DNA of 64,000 nucleotides from the NCBI GenBank assembly GCA_977020255.1, contig CDROCS010000253.1, positions 2,914,001-2,978,000 on the forward strand, given 5' to 3'. The number at the start of each line of letters is the position of its first letter. The stretch's first letter is position 1. The stretch comes from Obrimoposthia wandeli. Lineage: Eukaryota. Both the position numbers and the translations under genes were made by a program. A model generated the notes under the pieces. It was not told the origin of the DNA, searched no databases, and saw only the letters and a list, made by a program, of their open reading frames with translations. Shown here piece by piece: positions 9,456 through 18,144 of this stretch.

Positions 9456-10058
9456 TTATAGGGTAAGGATATTACCATTTCTTTTAGCTATTTCTTGGTA
9501 AAACTCCCTTATATTATAACCTTTGACCACAATAATTTGAAAAGATTCGCTTAAAGTTGTGATTAACTCTTCAACTTTGTAATGCGCGTATTTTAACAAT
9601 GCCTTATCTGCTTCATCCCCACTTTGAAAGCAGTAAATAGCAAAAGCAACTAAGCTATTAAGTCGAAAGAGCATCTGCGTCTTCTCAGGTAACCAGTTAT
9701 TAAAAGGGCAGTTGCCTTTATCAATCATACTATGAGTAACTATTTCACCGTCAATAGCAGGGTAACAATGTAACTCATAGCCCATGTCATTAAATTCATG
9801 TCGTAAGCTAATTTGTGGTTTGTTTTTTACCTGGATACTACCATCTGATTTTTTGATTGCACCAAGCAAGGGTAAATTCCATGAATTTGGGTTTAAAACT
9901 TGTTTATATGCACTATCAAACCCATGAGTAAGAATGCCGTCTACCTCACCTAATGAAGAAGAAAATATATGATATATAGAGGATACTTCTCCCCAATTAA
10001 TTTTCTTTTTATACGCATTAATTTCTTTCAAATTAGCTTTCGGGCTTAATGAATGCAT
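9456..10058 (-). CDS. Hypothetical cytoplasmic protein (200 aa)
   Basis: Uninterrupted ORF fitting the gap upstream of bepA; no motif recognised. Confidence 0.75.
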   Translation of the reverse strand: MHSLSPKANLKEINAYKKKINWGEVSSIYHIFSSSLGEVDGILTHGFDSAYKQVLNPNSWNLPLLGAIKKSDGSIQVKNKPQISLRHEFNDMGYELHCYPAIDGEIVTHSMIDKGNCPFNNWLPEKTQMLFRLNSLVAFAIYCFQSGDEADKALLKYAHYKVEELITTLSESFQIIVVKGYNIREFYQEIAKRNGNILTL

Positions 10059-10097
10059 TTAATATTCCTGGCAATAAATTGATTCTCAGAAGACTTA

Positions 10098-10159
10098 ACC
10101 TTGTATAAAGTCATTTTAATTCCCCCTGAAATCCGACACTTTGAATGGTAACGGCTATA
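10098..10159. repeat. Truncated right end of the ERIC-like MITE family
   Basis: TTTTAATTCCCCCTGAAATCCGACACTTTGAATGGTAACGGCTATA closely matches the right end of the element at 21724-22102. Confidence 0.7.
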
Positions 10160-10246
10160 GAGGTACGTTATGATAACTTTAATTAGTACAATGGATTAAT
10201 TGTCGCAAATTAGTGAATTAAACTAAAGCGCTGTTTTAAGTTTTCT

Positions 10247-10477
10247 ATGATTTATAAATATGATGGCAGAGGAGAAAAATGTCCGGTGCCTTTGGTTAAA
10301 TTACGTTTATTACTAAAAAAAATGCAAGATGACGATCAATGTATTATCACCATTGATGATATTGGCTCTATTAATGATATTCCTAAATTGTTAGATAAGC
10401 AGGGCTATTTTTATCAAAAACAGATCAATGAGATGGGTATTGTCGAGATAAGTATTAATACAGGTAAGTCAGACTAA
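10247..10477 (+). CDS. TusA/SirA-like sulfurtransferase-family protein
   Basis: DGRGEKCPVPLVKL (CPxP motif), 76 aa. Confidence 0.85.
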   Translation: MIYKYDGRGEKCPVPLVKLRLLLKKMQDDDQCIITIDDIGSINDIPKLLDKQGYFYQKQINEMGIVEISINTGKSD

Positions 10478-10501
10478 GCAAAAATTAAAGAATGGGTAGT
10501 T

Positions 10502-11584
10502 ATGTTTAAGTTATTTAGTGATTGGTATACACGTAAATTTTCAGATCCTCATGCAGTCACGTTAGTTGTTATTTTAACCTGTATTGCCTTGTTTATTGCT
10601 TTATTTAGCAGCTTACTGATGCCAGTATTTGTTGCAGTAGCATTAGCTTTTTTGTTAGACCTACCGGTAAATAAACTAATGCAGAGCTCAATGTCGCGCT
10701 CTAGTGCAACCGTCGTAGTTGTTGTTACTTTTCTAGGATTTTCCTTATTGGCCGTCTTAGGTTTAATGCCTATTATTTGGAAACAAAGCAGTAATTTATT
10801 ACAAGAAGTTCCTAATATGATCAGTCAAGGACAAGGTTACTTATTGACCTTGCCAGAGAAATACCCTGATTTCGTTCATGTCTCGCAGATTGAAAGTTTT
10901 ATTATCATGGTTAATGATAAGTTGCTCGAATGGGGACAGGTGGCACTGAAAGCATCACTAAACTCAATTTCTGATATCGTTGCTTTAATGGTTTATTTGA
11001 TTCTTGTGCCATTAATGATTTTTTTCTTTTTAAAAGATAAAACGGAGCTAATGAACAGCATTACACGATTTTTACCTAAAGAACGCCGAATGGCTATTAA
11101 GGTGAGTCAGGAAATGAACCAACAAATTTTGAATTATATTCGTGGTAAAGTGATTGAAATTTTGATTGTGGGCTCATCTACGACGATTGCTTTTATGTTT
11201 CTTGATTTGCAATATGCCTTATTATTGGGGGTTTTAGTTGGTTTGTCGGTACTTGTTCCTTATGTAGGTGCAACTGTGGTAACGCTTCCTGTTATGTTAG
11301 TCGCTCTTTTTCAATTTGGATTAAGTAGTGAGTTTGGTTACGTTATGCTTGCTTACGGCATAATTCAAACGATTGATGGTAATGTTATTGTGCCTTTACT
11401 CTTTTCTGAAGCGGTTAATTTACATCCCGTGGTCATTATTATTGCAGTGATATTTTTTGGTGGTTTATGGGGCTTTTGGGGCGTTTTTTTTGCAATCCCC
11501 TTAGCAACATTAGTGAAGGCGGTGATTAATGCTTGGCCTTCAATACCTGAGCCTGAAAGTACCCGTGAAGCTCAGAAGTTGTAA
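10502..11584 (+). CDS. perM: AI-2E family transporter (PerM/YfgO-like)
   Basis: NYIRGKVIEILIVG, VPYVGA, DGNVIVPLLFSEAVNLHP, GGLWGFWG. Confidence 0.88.
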   Translation: MFKLFSDWYTRKFSDPHAVTLVVILTCIALFIALFSSLLMPVFVAVALAFLLDLPVNKLMQSSMSRSSATVVVVVTFLGFSLLAVLGLMPIIWKQSSNLLQEVPNMISQGQGYLLTLPEKYPDFVHVSQIESFIIMVNDKLLEWGQVALKASLNSISDIVALMVYLILVPLMIFFFLKDKTELMNSITRFLPKERRMAIKVSQEMNQQILNYIRGKVIEILIVGSSTTIAFMFLDLQYALLLGVLVGLSVLVPYVGATVVTLPVMLVALFQFGLSSEFGYVMLAYGIIQTIDGNVIVPLLFSEAVNLHPVVIIIAVIFFGGLWGFWGVFFAIPLATLVKAVINAWPSIPEPESTREAQKL

Positions 11585-11604
11585 CCTGTACTGATTTCTA
11601 CATT

Positions 11605-11647
11605 AAAAAGCCCTAAGCTAATATGAATTAGCTTAGGGCTTTTTTTT
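11605..11647. terminator. Bidirectional intrinsic terminator
   Basis: AAAAAGCCCTAAGCTAAT...ATTAGCTTAGGGCTTTTTT. Confidence 0.85.
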
Positions 11648-11658
11648 CATAACGTTAC

Positions 11659-12132
11659 TTATTTTAACTCGTTTAAAACGGCTAAAACCACATCATGATG
11701 TTCTTTAGTTTTAAACTTATTAAAAACATGGCTGATTTTTCCATCAAGACCAATTAAAAAGCTTAAGCGATGAATACCATCATATTCTTTACCCATAAAT
11801 TTTTTCAAACCCCAAACACCAAATTGGTCAGCAACCTGATGGTCAACATCAGATAACAATGAAAAGTTCAGTGCATCACGTTCGCAGAATTTAGTTAAAC
11901 GTTTTACTTCGTCAGGACTAATACCAAAAACAACCGTGTTTAATGCATTAAGCTCCGCTTTAATATCACGTAAACCTTGGGCTTGTACAGTACAACCCGG
12001 TGTCATAGCTTTAGGGTAAAAATAGACTAATACCTGTTGTTTACCAAGATAATCAGCTGATGATACTGACTCATCATTTTCATTGTTTAGAGTAAATAGT
12101 GGCGCGGTATCACCAATTTTTAGAGTATTCAT
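11659..12132 (-). CDS. bcp: Thioredoxin-dependent thiol peroxidase
   Basis: YFYPKAMTPGCTVQA, WGLKKFMGKEYDGIHR. Confidence 0.96.
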   Translation of the reverse strand: MNTLKIGDTAPLFTLNNENDESVSSADYLGKQQVLVYFYPKAMTPGCTVQAQGLRDIKAELNALNTVVFGISPDEVKRLTKFCERDALNFSLLSDVDHQVADQFGVWGLKKFMGKEYDGIHRLSFLIGLDGKISHVFNKFKTKEHHDVVLAVLNELK

Positions 12133-12172
12133 AATAAAGTCACTTCTATTTGTTTTAAAATTCTTTCGCTAA

Positions 12173-12700
12173 TTATAATAAATTAGCATTGGTCTTTTTG
12201 ATTAAACCGTGAACATCGGTTTGCTGACAGAGTTCTAGGAAATCATACTCTAGCTCATCAATACTAATTTTTTCGGTTAAAGCAAAAGATATGTTGGCGC
12301 TCATATAATTGGTTTTAGGGTCTATTTCCGACTTTAACGAAGAGATATCTATTTTACGAGTGGCAAAAAAGGCGGTCATTGCTTTTAAAATACCAGGTTG
12401 GTCTATGCCAGAATACTCCGCTTGATAATGTTTTACTAAGTCAAAAATTCTATGACCAGAGGTACGCTTCATCATAGTGATTAAATCTAAGCTATGAGCA
12501 AGTTTCGGGATCTTAACTTCAATTTTATTAATCGCCCTGGTATCACCAGCAAGCAACATAATGAAAGTAAATTCAGAGCCAAAAATGGCCATTCGGCTGT
12601 CTAATATATTACATCCGCATTCACTTGCTAATTTAGTTAATTCACTAACACAACCAGTTCGGTCCGATCCCATCGCGGTTAGTACTAAATATTGTGGCAT
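12173..12700 (-). CDS. gcvR: Glycine cleavage system transcriptional repressor (ACT domains)
   Basis: YLVLTAMGSDRTG, GCNILDSRMAIFG, DQPGI; gcvR-bcp synteny. Confidence 0.92.
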   Translation of the reverse strand: MPQYLVLTAMGSDRTGCVSELTKLASECGCNILDSRMAIFGSEFTFIMLLAGDTRAINKIEVKIPKLAHSLDLITMMKRTSGHRIFDLVKHYQAEYSGIDQPGILKAMTAFFATRKIDISSLKSEIDPKTNYMSANISFALTEKISIDELEYDFLELCQQTDVHGLIKKTNANLL

Positions 12701-12937
12701 TCATTAAGCCTAAGTTGTCAAGAAAGGCGCATTGTAACTGATCATGATAAAAGTTGGAATCATCTTACATTTTTGTGGTCATATAACTTGTGTTTGTAAA
12801 ATCAGGCAAGTACCATGGGGCGCAATATTTGCTCTGTCTTATATCGTCTTATATCGATTTTATTTTAGTGTTTTTTAGTATTTTTTAGTGAGCTTAGCGG
12901 GTTTTGAATATCAATAACCTAAGCCACAGGAGTTTTA

Positions 12938-14107
12938 ATGAGTTGTAGAGCATTTTATTTATCACTGTTAGCTTTATCACTAACAGCTTGTGGTTCTGTT
13001 AATAATAAACAAGCACAAGGTAGTTTTGATTATCAGCATAAGGCTGAAGCTAACGATCTCGTGATTCCCGCTAATTTGAATAAACCAAAGCAAACGAATG
13101 ATTTTTTTGTTACTAATAAAATAAATCACCAAGGTCCTATTGGTGAAGATATGGATATTAGAGCACCTTCATTGGTTATGCCGGTAGCGGCATCTTCACG
13201 TGTAGTTGAAGAATCTGGTATTGCTATTATTTGGTTTGATAAATTTTTAGAAAATAAAGATTTATTGGCGTTTATAGAAAAAGTTGTCTTAGAGAAATTA
13301 GCAGAAGATCAAGTTACCTACCATTATATTGAAGAAGATACCGAAGTAACCTTAAGCAAGGTTACTGAAGGAGCGATTTCTTTAAAAGAAACCAGCATTA
13401 AGCGAAAAGGCATTAAAACAGCTATTATTGAGTCCGATTGGTATCATAATGAAGTAGATGTTGGTTGGCTTTTTACTGACATTCAGTTTTCAAAGAGTTT
13501 ACGTTTTCGTTTTCAATTGTTATCAAAACCTCATGGCCGGAGTGTTTCATTACGCGTTTCATTAGTTGATTTTTTACAAACTGATGAGAAAGGCGGCAGT
13601 AAAACAATGGACCCTATTGATAAGCAAAGAGCCGAAAAAGCCATGCTTAATGAGCTTATTGCTGCGGTTGATTATAACTATCGTCTTCAACAACGTGCTG
13701 ATCGCTTAACTCGTGCGAATCAAAAGTTAGTGACAATAGGTAAAAATATTGAAGAAGAAGAAGCGTATGTTGTTGAAATGGGCTTAGAAGATCTATGGGG
13801 CAATATGCCATTGTTCTTTGAAAAGCATGGCTTTACGATTTCGGATCTAAATGAAGATAAAAAGATTTACTATGTAGAGTTTGTTAAACCCGAAACGAGT
13901 ATTTGGGACAGTATTTGGGGTGATGATGTGCCCGTTATTGATGTCAGTGATGCCAATTACCAATTTGTGTTAGCGCCTCTAGATGAAGTTAACCAGAAAA
14001 CCTCGGTAACTATCTACAACTCTGATGGCGAACCTTTGACTTTAGAGTCACTTGAACGAATTTTTCCAGTCATGGAAAAGGGACTATCGTTTAGAGATGT
14101 TTTCTAA
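12938..14107 (+). CDS. bamC: Outer membrane protein assembly lipoprotein BamC (NlpB)
   Basis: Lipobox LTAC, DIRAPSLVMP, position divergent from gcvR. Confidence 0.85.
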   Translation: MSCRAFYLSLLALSLTACGSVNNKQAQGSFDYQHKAEANDLVIPANLNKPKQTNDFFVTNKINHQGPIGEDMDIRAPSLVMPVAASSRVVEESGIAIIWFDKFLENKDLLAFIEKVVLEKLAEDQVTYHYIEEDTEVTLSKVTEGAISLKETSIKRKGIKTAIIESDWYHNEVDVGWLFTDIQFSKSLRFRFQLLSKPHGRSVSLRVSLVDFLQTDEKGGSKTMDPIDKQRAEKAMLNELIAAVDYNYRLQQRADRLTRANQKLVTIGKNIEEEEAYVVEMGLEDLWGNMPLFFEKHGFTISDLNEDKKIYYVEFVKPETSIWDSIWGDDVPVIDVSDANYQFVLAPLDEVNQKTSVTIYNSDGEPLTLESLERIFPVMEKGLSFRDVF

Positions 14108-14154
14108 TCTTGGCTTTCACAAAGTAATTATCAAGTAGTTACTTCGTTACTATA

Positions 14155-14197
14155 CAGACATAAAAAAACTCCATTAGTTGGAGTTTTTTTATGTCTG
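14155..14197. terminator. Bidirectional intrinsic terminator
   Basis: CAGACATAAAAAAACTCCA...TGGAGTTTTTTTATGTCTG. Confidence 0.85.
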
Positions 14198-14232
14198 AAA
14201 TCTGACTTCAGTTTTTAAGAATAAGCATTACG

Positions 14233-14421
14233 TTAGTTCTTTTTTTTAGCGACCGGCTCCATTTTATGCGAACTTTTATTCGTTCTTGGTAGTGTTTCTT
14301 CTCGGTCGTTTAAACTGTTTTTACGCATTTTTTGCTTTGAGCTTTTTTGAAATGTACTCAAATTCCCTATGATAATAACGACTGTTATTACGATTATAAA
14401 AATAGCTAACCAATTGTCCAT
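14233..14421 (-). CDS. Small membrane protein, DUF2897-like
   Basis: N-terminal TM helix ending IIGN followed by a basic tail; usual neighbour of the dapE-M15 genes. Confidence 0.65.
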   Translation of the reverse strand: MDNWLAIFIIVITVVIIIGNLSTFQKSSKQKMRKNSLNDREETLPRTNKSSHKMEPVAKKKN

Positions 14422-14480
14422 TGGAGTGCCTCTTGGTAAGTTTGTGAAGTTAATTCGCTAAAATTAGTATTCTAGGATAA

Positions 14481-15194
14481 TTATTTAGGCAGTATAACAT
14501 TGGTTGGTGCTGCACAAACATTGTTAATATAACGCTTTGCTATGTCATCTAAGTTTTCAATAATGACATGCTTGCCTAAGATACTGCTGTTACTTAATGT
14601 TAGTGTTAATAATTCAATATCAAAAGCTTGCTGGTACTGCTGAGCTAACGGCAGGTAAGATATATGCCAAGGCTCTTCGGCAACCCCCCCTTGGAAGCTC
14701 GCATAGGGAAAATAAAACCCAAACTGATGCGCGTGTTGAACAAGCCAAGTAGATAACTTTGCTAAAGGTCCTTGTTCACTATATTCCCATGGTTCAAGTT
14801 GTAACTGATAATTCTTAGCTAATAAATTTGGTGCGTAAATATCAATGTCACAACCCCAATGATGACGGCTTGCACCAGGTAGGGCAGAATAAAGCAAAAT
14901 ACTATGGACTAATTCAAGTGGAGATAAGTGTGTTGGAGAAATGACTTCACCAGCACTATTCTTAATAGGAGTTCTCCCTGAAAATTTGTTATTCCATAGC
15001 ATCAGTTGCCGGTCGAAAGATCTAAAACCACTAGCAATCGTTAACTCAATAGCATCGGCTTTAGCCGCGCTCACCATAACATCAAAGGCAACTTTCATCT
15101 CTTGATGAACGGAAACTCGCTCGCTTAGATGGCAGAGGTGGGCTTCTGTTTGACCCAATAATTGAGCTGAATTGATGTGGTTGCTACACTGCAT
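14481..15194 (-). CDS. M15 family D-Ala-D-Ala carboxypeptidase (VanY-like)
   Basis: SGFRSFDRQ, SALPGASRHHWGCDID, EEPWHISY. Confidence 0.9.
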   Translation of the reverse strand: MQCSNHINSAQLLGQTEAHLCHLSERVSVHQEMKVAFDVMVSAAKADAIELTIASGFRSFDRQLMLWNNKFSGRTPIKNSAGEVISPTHLSPLELVHSILLYSALPGASRHHWGCDIDIYAPNLLAKNYQLQLEPWEYSEQGPLAKLSTWLVQHAHQFGFYFPYASFQGGVAEEPWHISYLPLAQQYQQAFDIELLTLTLSNSSILGKHVIIENLDDIAKRYINNVCAAPTNVILPK

Positions 15195-15207
15195 TGCTCA
15201 AGAAACC

Positions 15208-16413
15208 TTATGAGTAACTAATTGTTTTATGTGTGCATAAAACATTAACCAAACAATGATAGTAAATATCAACAAGCTTTTCTAAATCATCACAAGAAAC
15301 CGATTCATTTACTTGATGAATAGTAGCGTTACAGGGGCCAAGTTCAATAACTTGTGCTCCCGTTGGTGCGATGAATCGACCATCAGATGTCCCACCGGAC
15401 GTTGAAAGCTGAGTTTCCTTACCAGTAACCGACAGTATTGCTTGGCTAACCGCGTTTAAAAATCCATGCTTTGACTCAACATGCTCAGTAATAAATGGCT
15501 TACCATTGAAAGTCCACTTGATATCATAATCAAGTTGATGTTTATCAAGGATAGACTCCACTTGTTCAACAATGATTTGATCCGTTAACTCTGTGCTGTA
15601 ACGTAAATTAAATAATGCAGTGATATGACCAGGGACCACATTAGTTGCACCCGTGCCGGCATTTATATTAGACAGCTGAAAACTAGTCGCAGGGAAATAA
15701 TCATTGCCATGGTCCCATTCTATCTGACTTAATTCTGTTAATGCTGGCATTGCTAAGTGGATTGGATTTCTCACATGATCAGGATAGGCAACATGGCCTT
15801 GTTTACCTTTAATATCTACTTCAGCAGAAATAGAACCGCGGCGACCATTTTTTACGATATCTCCTACAGTATGCGTACTCGAAGGCTCACCGACTATACA
15901 ATAAGTGATTTTTTCATTACGCGCTTCTAGCGTATCAATCACTTTAGTGGTGCCATTGATAAATGGCCCTTCTTCATCACTGGTTATTAAATAAGTAATT
16001 GAACCTTGGTGATCTGGGTGGTCTTGAACAAAGCGTTCTGTCGCGACTATCATTGCGGCTAAACTACCTTTCATGTCTGAAGCACCACGACCATATAACA
16101 TACCATCGATAATGGTTGGCTCAAATGGTGGGGTGTTCCATAATTCAAGGTTACCTGCGGGTACTACATCGGTGTGGCCAGCAAAACAAAAAACTAAGTC
16201 ATCTTCTTTCTTAGCATTAGTGCTATCACGACGAGACCAAAGGTTGGTAGTGTCAGCAAAAATCATGCTTTCATTATTAAATCCGAGTTTTGCTAATCGT
16301 TGTGATATTAGTTTTTGACAACCAGCATCTTCGGGGGTAACTGAAGCTCTAGCCATAAGGTCTATTGCCAGTTCAATAACAGCACTTTGATTTTTTTGTT
16401 CTATTTGACTCAC
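15208..16413 (-). CDS. dapE: Succinyl-diaminopimelate desuccinylase
   Basis: [42 protein letters not shown]. Confidence 0.97.
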   Translation of the reverse strand: MSQIEQKNQSAVIELAIDLMARASVTPEDAGCQKLISQRLAKLGFNNESMIFADTTNLWSRRDSTNAKKEDDLVFCFAGHTDVVPAGNLELWNTPPFEPTIIDGMLYGRGASDMKGSLAAMIVATERFVQDHPDHQGSITYLITSDEEGPFINGTTKVIDTLEARNEKITYCIVGEPSSTHTVGDIVKNGRRGSISAEVDIKGKQGHVAYPDHVRNPIHLAMPALTELSQIEWDHGNDYFPATSFQLSNINAGTGATNVVPGHITALFNLRYSTELTDQIIVEQVESILDKHQLDYDIKWTFNGKPFITEHVESKHGFLNAVSQAILSVTGKETQLSTSGGTSDGRFIAPTGAQVIELGPCNATIHQVNESVSCDDLEKLVDIYYHCLVNVLCTHKTISYS

Positions 16414-16452
16414 AATGACTACCTTTATTTAATTTCAATGAAGAGTTTTTAA

Positions 16453-16803
16453 TTATTTATCTGCGAAAATAGCTTGGTACTGATCAGCTTTGAAACCTAG
16501 ATTTAATTCACCATTTAATGGTAACAGAGGCCTTTTAAGTAGGGTCGGTTGTTCAAGTACAGCGGTAAACATCACTTCATCGGTTAAGTTATTTTTTATT
16601 TCATCAGATAGATTACGAAAGGTTGTACTACGTTTATTTAATAATAATGACCAATCGCTTTGATTGACAAATTCTGTTAGCAGTTCGGCTGTTAACGGTT
16701 GCTTTTTAAAGTCATAAAGTTGATGTGCTATGTTGTTTGCTTCAAGCCATTTGGTGGCTTTTTTCACTGTATCGCAATTTTTTATGCCGTATAAGGTGAT
16801 CAT
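16453..16803 (-). CDS. yffB: ArsC/Spx-family protein YffB
   Basis: LYGIKNCDTVKKA, PTLLKRP; yffB-dapE synteny. Confidence 0.9.
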   Translation of the reverse strand: MITLYGIKNCDTVKKATKWLEANNIAHQLYDFKKQPLTAELLTEFVNQSDWSLLLNKRSTTFRNLSDEIKNNLTDEVMFTAVLEQPTLLKRPLLPLNGELNLGFKADQYQAIFADK

Positions 16804-17070
16804 ACTTAATAACTGTCCAATATCTAATAATCAAGGCTTAAGATGATATCAGAAACCATAGGCTATATCCGCTTTCTTAGAATAGATAATGAGAGATAAA
16901 GCGTAAAAAGGCAGAAAGTTAATAATACTTAATATCGCCAAAACGTAAGGAGGTTAGAGAGGTAAGGATCCTCAGATCAAGTTCACTTTTCTGTGTGGTA
17001 ACATATTTAATTAGATCGTCCTATTAGCCATACCATTACATGGTATAGAAAACATATAGAAGAAGAATAA

Positions 17071-17535
17071 ATGAGCAATATTAAAATAGTCCATTTTAAA
17101 GAAGAGTATGCAAATCAAGTTACAAAATTAATGCGCTCTTCAAGTGGTATTGACCACCACACTGACTACACATTATGGCAAGCAGCACATTTTGACCCCG
17201 AGCTGTTTTTTATAGCATTAGTAGATAATCGAGTTGTAGGGTATTTGTTTGGAAGAACGACAAGAGATAGCATATTTTTATGGCAAATGGCGGTAGATAC
17301 AAAAGAACGTGGAAAAGGAACGGGTAAAAAATTAGTGTCAGCGTTTATCTTGTCAGCTAAAAATAGCAAGTTTAAATCTATCCTTACGACGATAACTCCA
17401 GATAATATTGTTTCAAAAGCAACTATTTTTTCAGCTACAAAAGCGTGTGGATTCTTGTTTAATGAAGCAGGTATGACATCAGATTTTGGAGGTTGTATGA
17501 AAATAGAAATGGTCTATGAAATAACATTTAAGTAG
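17071..17535 (+). CDS. GNAT acetyltransferase, EctA-like (orphan)
   Basis: IFLWQMAVD..RGKG and TTITPDN motifs typical of diaminobutyrate acetyltransferases; no ectB/ectC nearby. Confidence 0.7.
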   Translation: MSNIKIVHFKEEYANQVTKLMRSSSGIDHHTDYTLWQAAHFDPELFFIALVDNRVVGYLFGRTTRDSIFLWQMAVDTKERGKGTGKKLVSAFILSAKNSKFKSILTTITPDNIVSKATIFSATKACGFLFNEAGMTSDFGGCMKIEMVYEITFK

Positions 17536-17857
17536 ATATTAGCTATATAAAAAGACAAAAATATAAAATACCACCTTACAATTTTTATGCAATACAGGAT
17601 GAGTATAACCCACTGCACGAATGTTATTTATTATTTGAATCTAAGTTGGATATTCTCTTACTCGCTATTGATAAGCGTAGTGCTTTAATCGCACTAGTTG
17701 TTTGCTTCGATGTTGAATTTGTCGAGATTAACATTTATTTTATCAAGCGCTGAGTATTAAAATGTGTAGTTCTAGGCTAAAGCTATTTTAAGTGGCTATT
17801 TACGAAGGTTTTATTAGACTATCTTTAGGGTAACGTTCTTAGTTTTCTTAGGAAATT

Positions 17858-17892
17858 ATATCCACAAAACCTGTGGGTATAATTGTGGATAA
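17858..17892. promoter_or_regulatory. Cluster of three DnaA boxes (DARS-like core)
   Basis: ATATCCACA-N5-TGTGGGTAT-N3-TGTGGATAA; the third is a perfect TTATCCACA on the minus strand. Confidence 0.7.
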
Positions 17893-18144
17893 ACCTTTGT
17901 GTACTCCTTTACTATATGATAATAAAGGAAAAATCAAGTAGTACATTTTTTGTCTAACGGGCGTTTAAATACTAATAAATAAGATAAGTGATCAAAATAC
18001 CATGTTGACTCTCTTTATCCGTAATAATTAAGGTTTAAGACGGTTAAACTTCCTAAAACTAAGTTTAACCGTCTTGTTATTTAATTTATGTCTAATAAAA
18101 AAACAACGTTAGAACTGTAGAGCAACCAACAACCGCATGTGATA

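Noticed and set aside
17800-18100. Replication origin at the DnaA-box cluster
   Set aside because: Only three boxes, no GATC-rich or 13-mer unwinding array, and none of the usual oriC neighbours (mioC/gidA, dnaA). A DARS-like site fits better.
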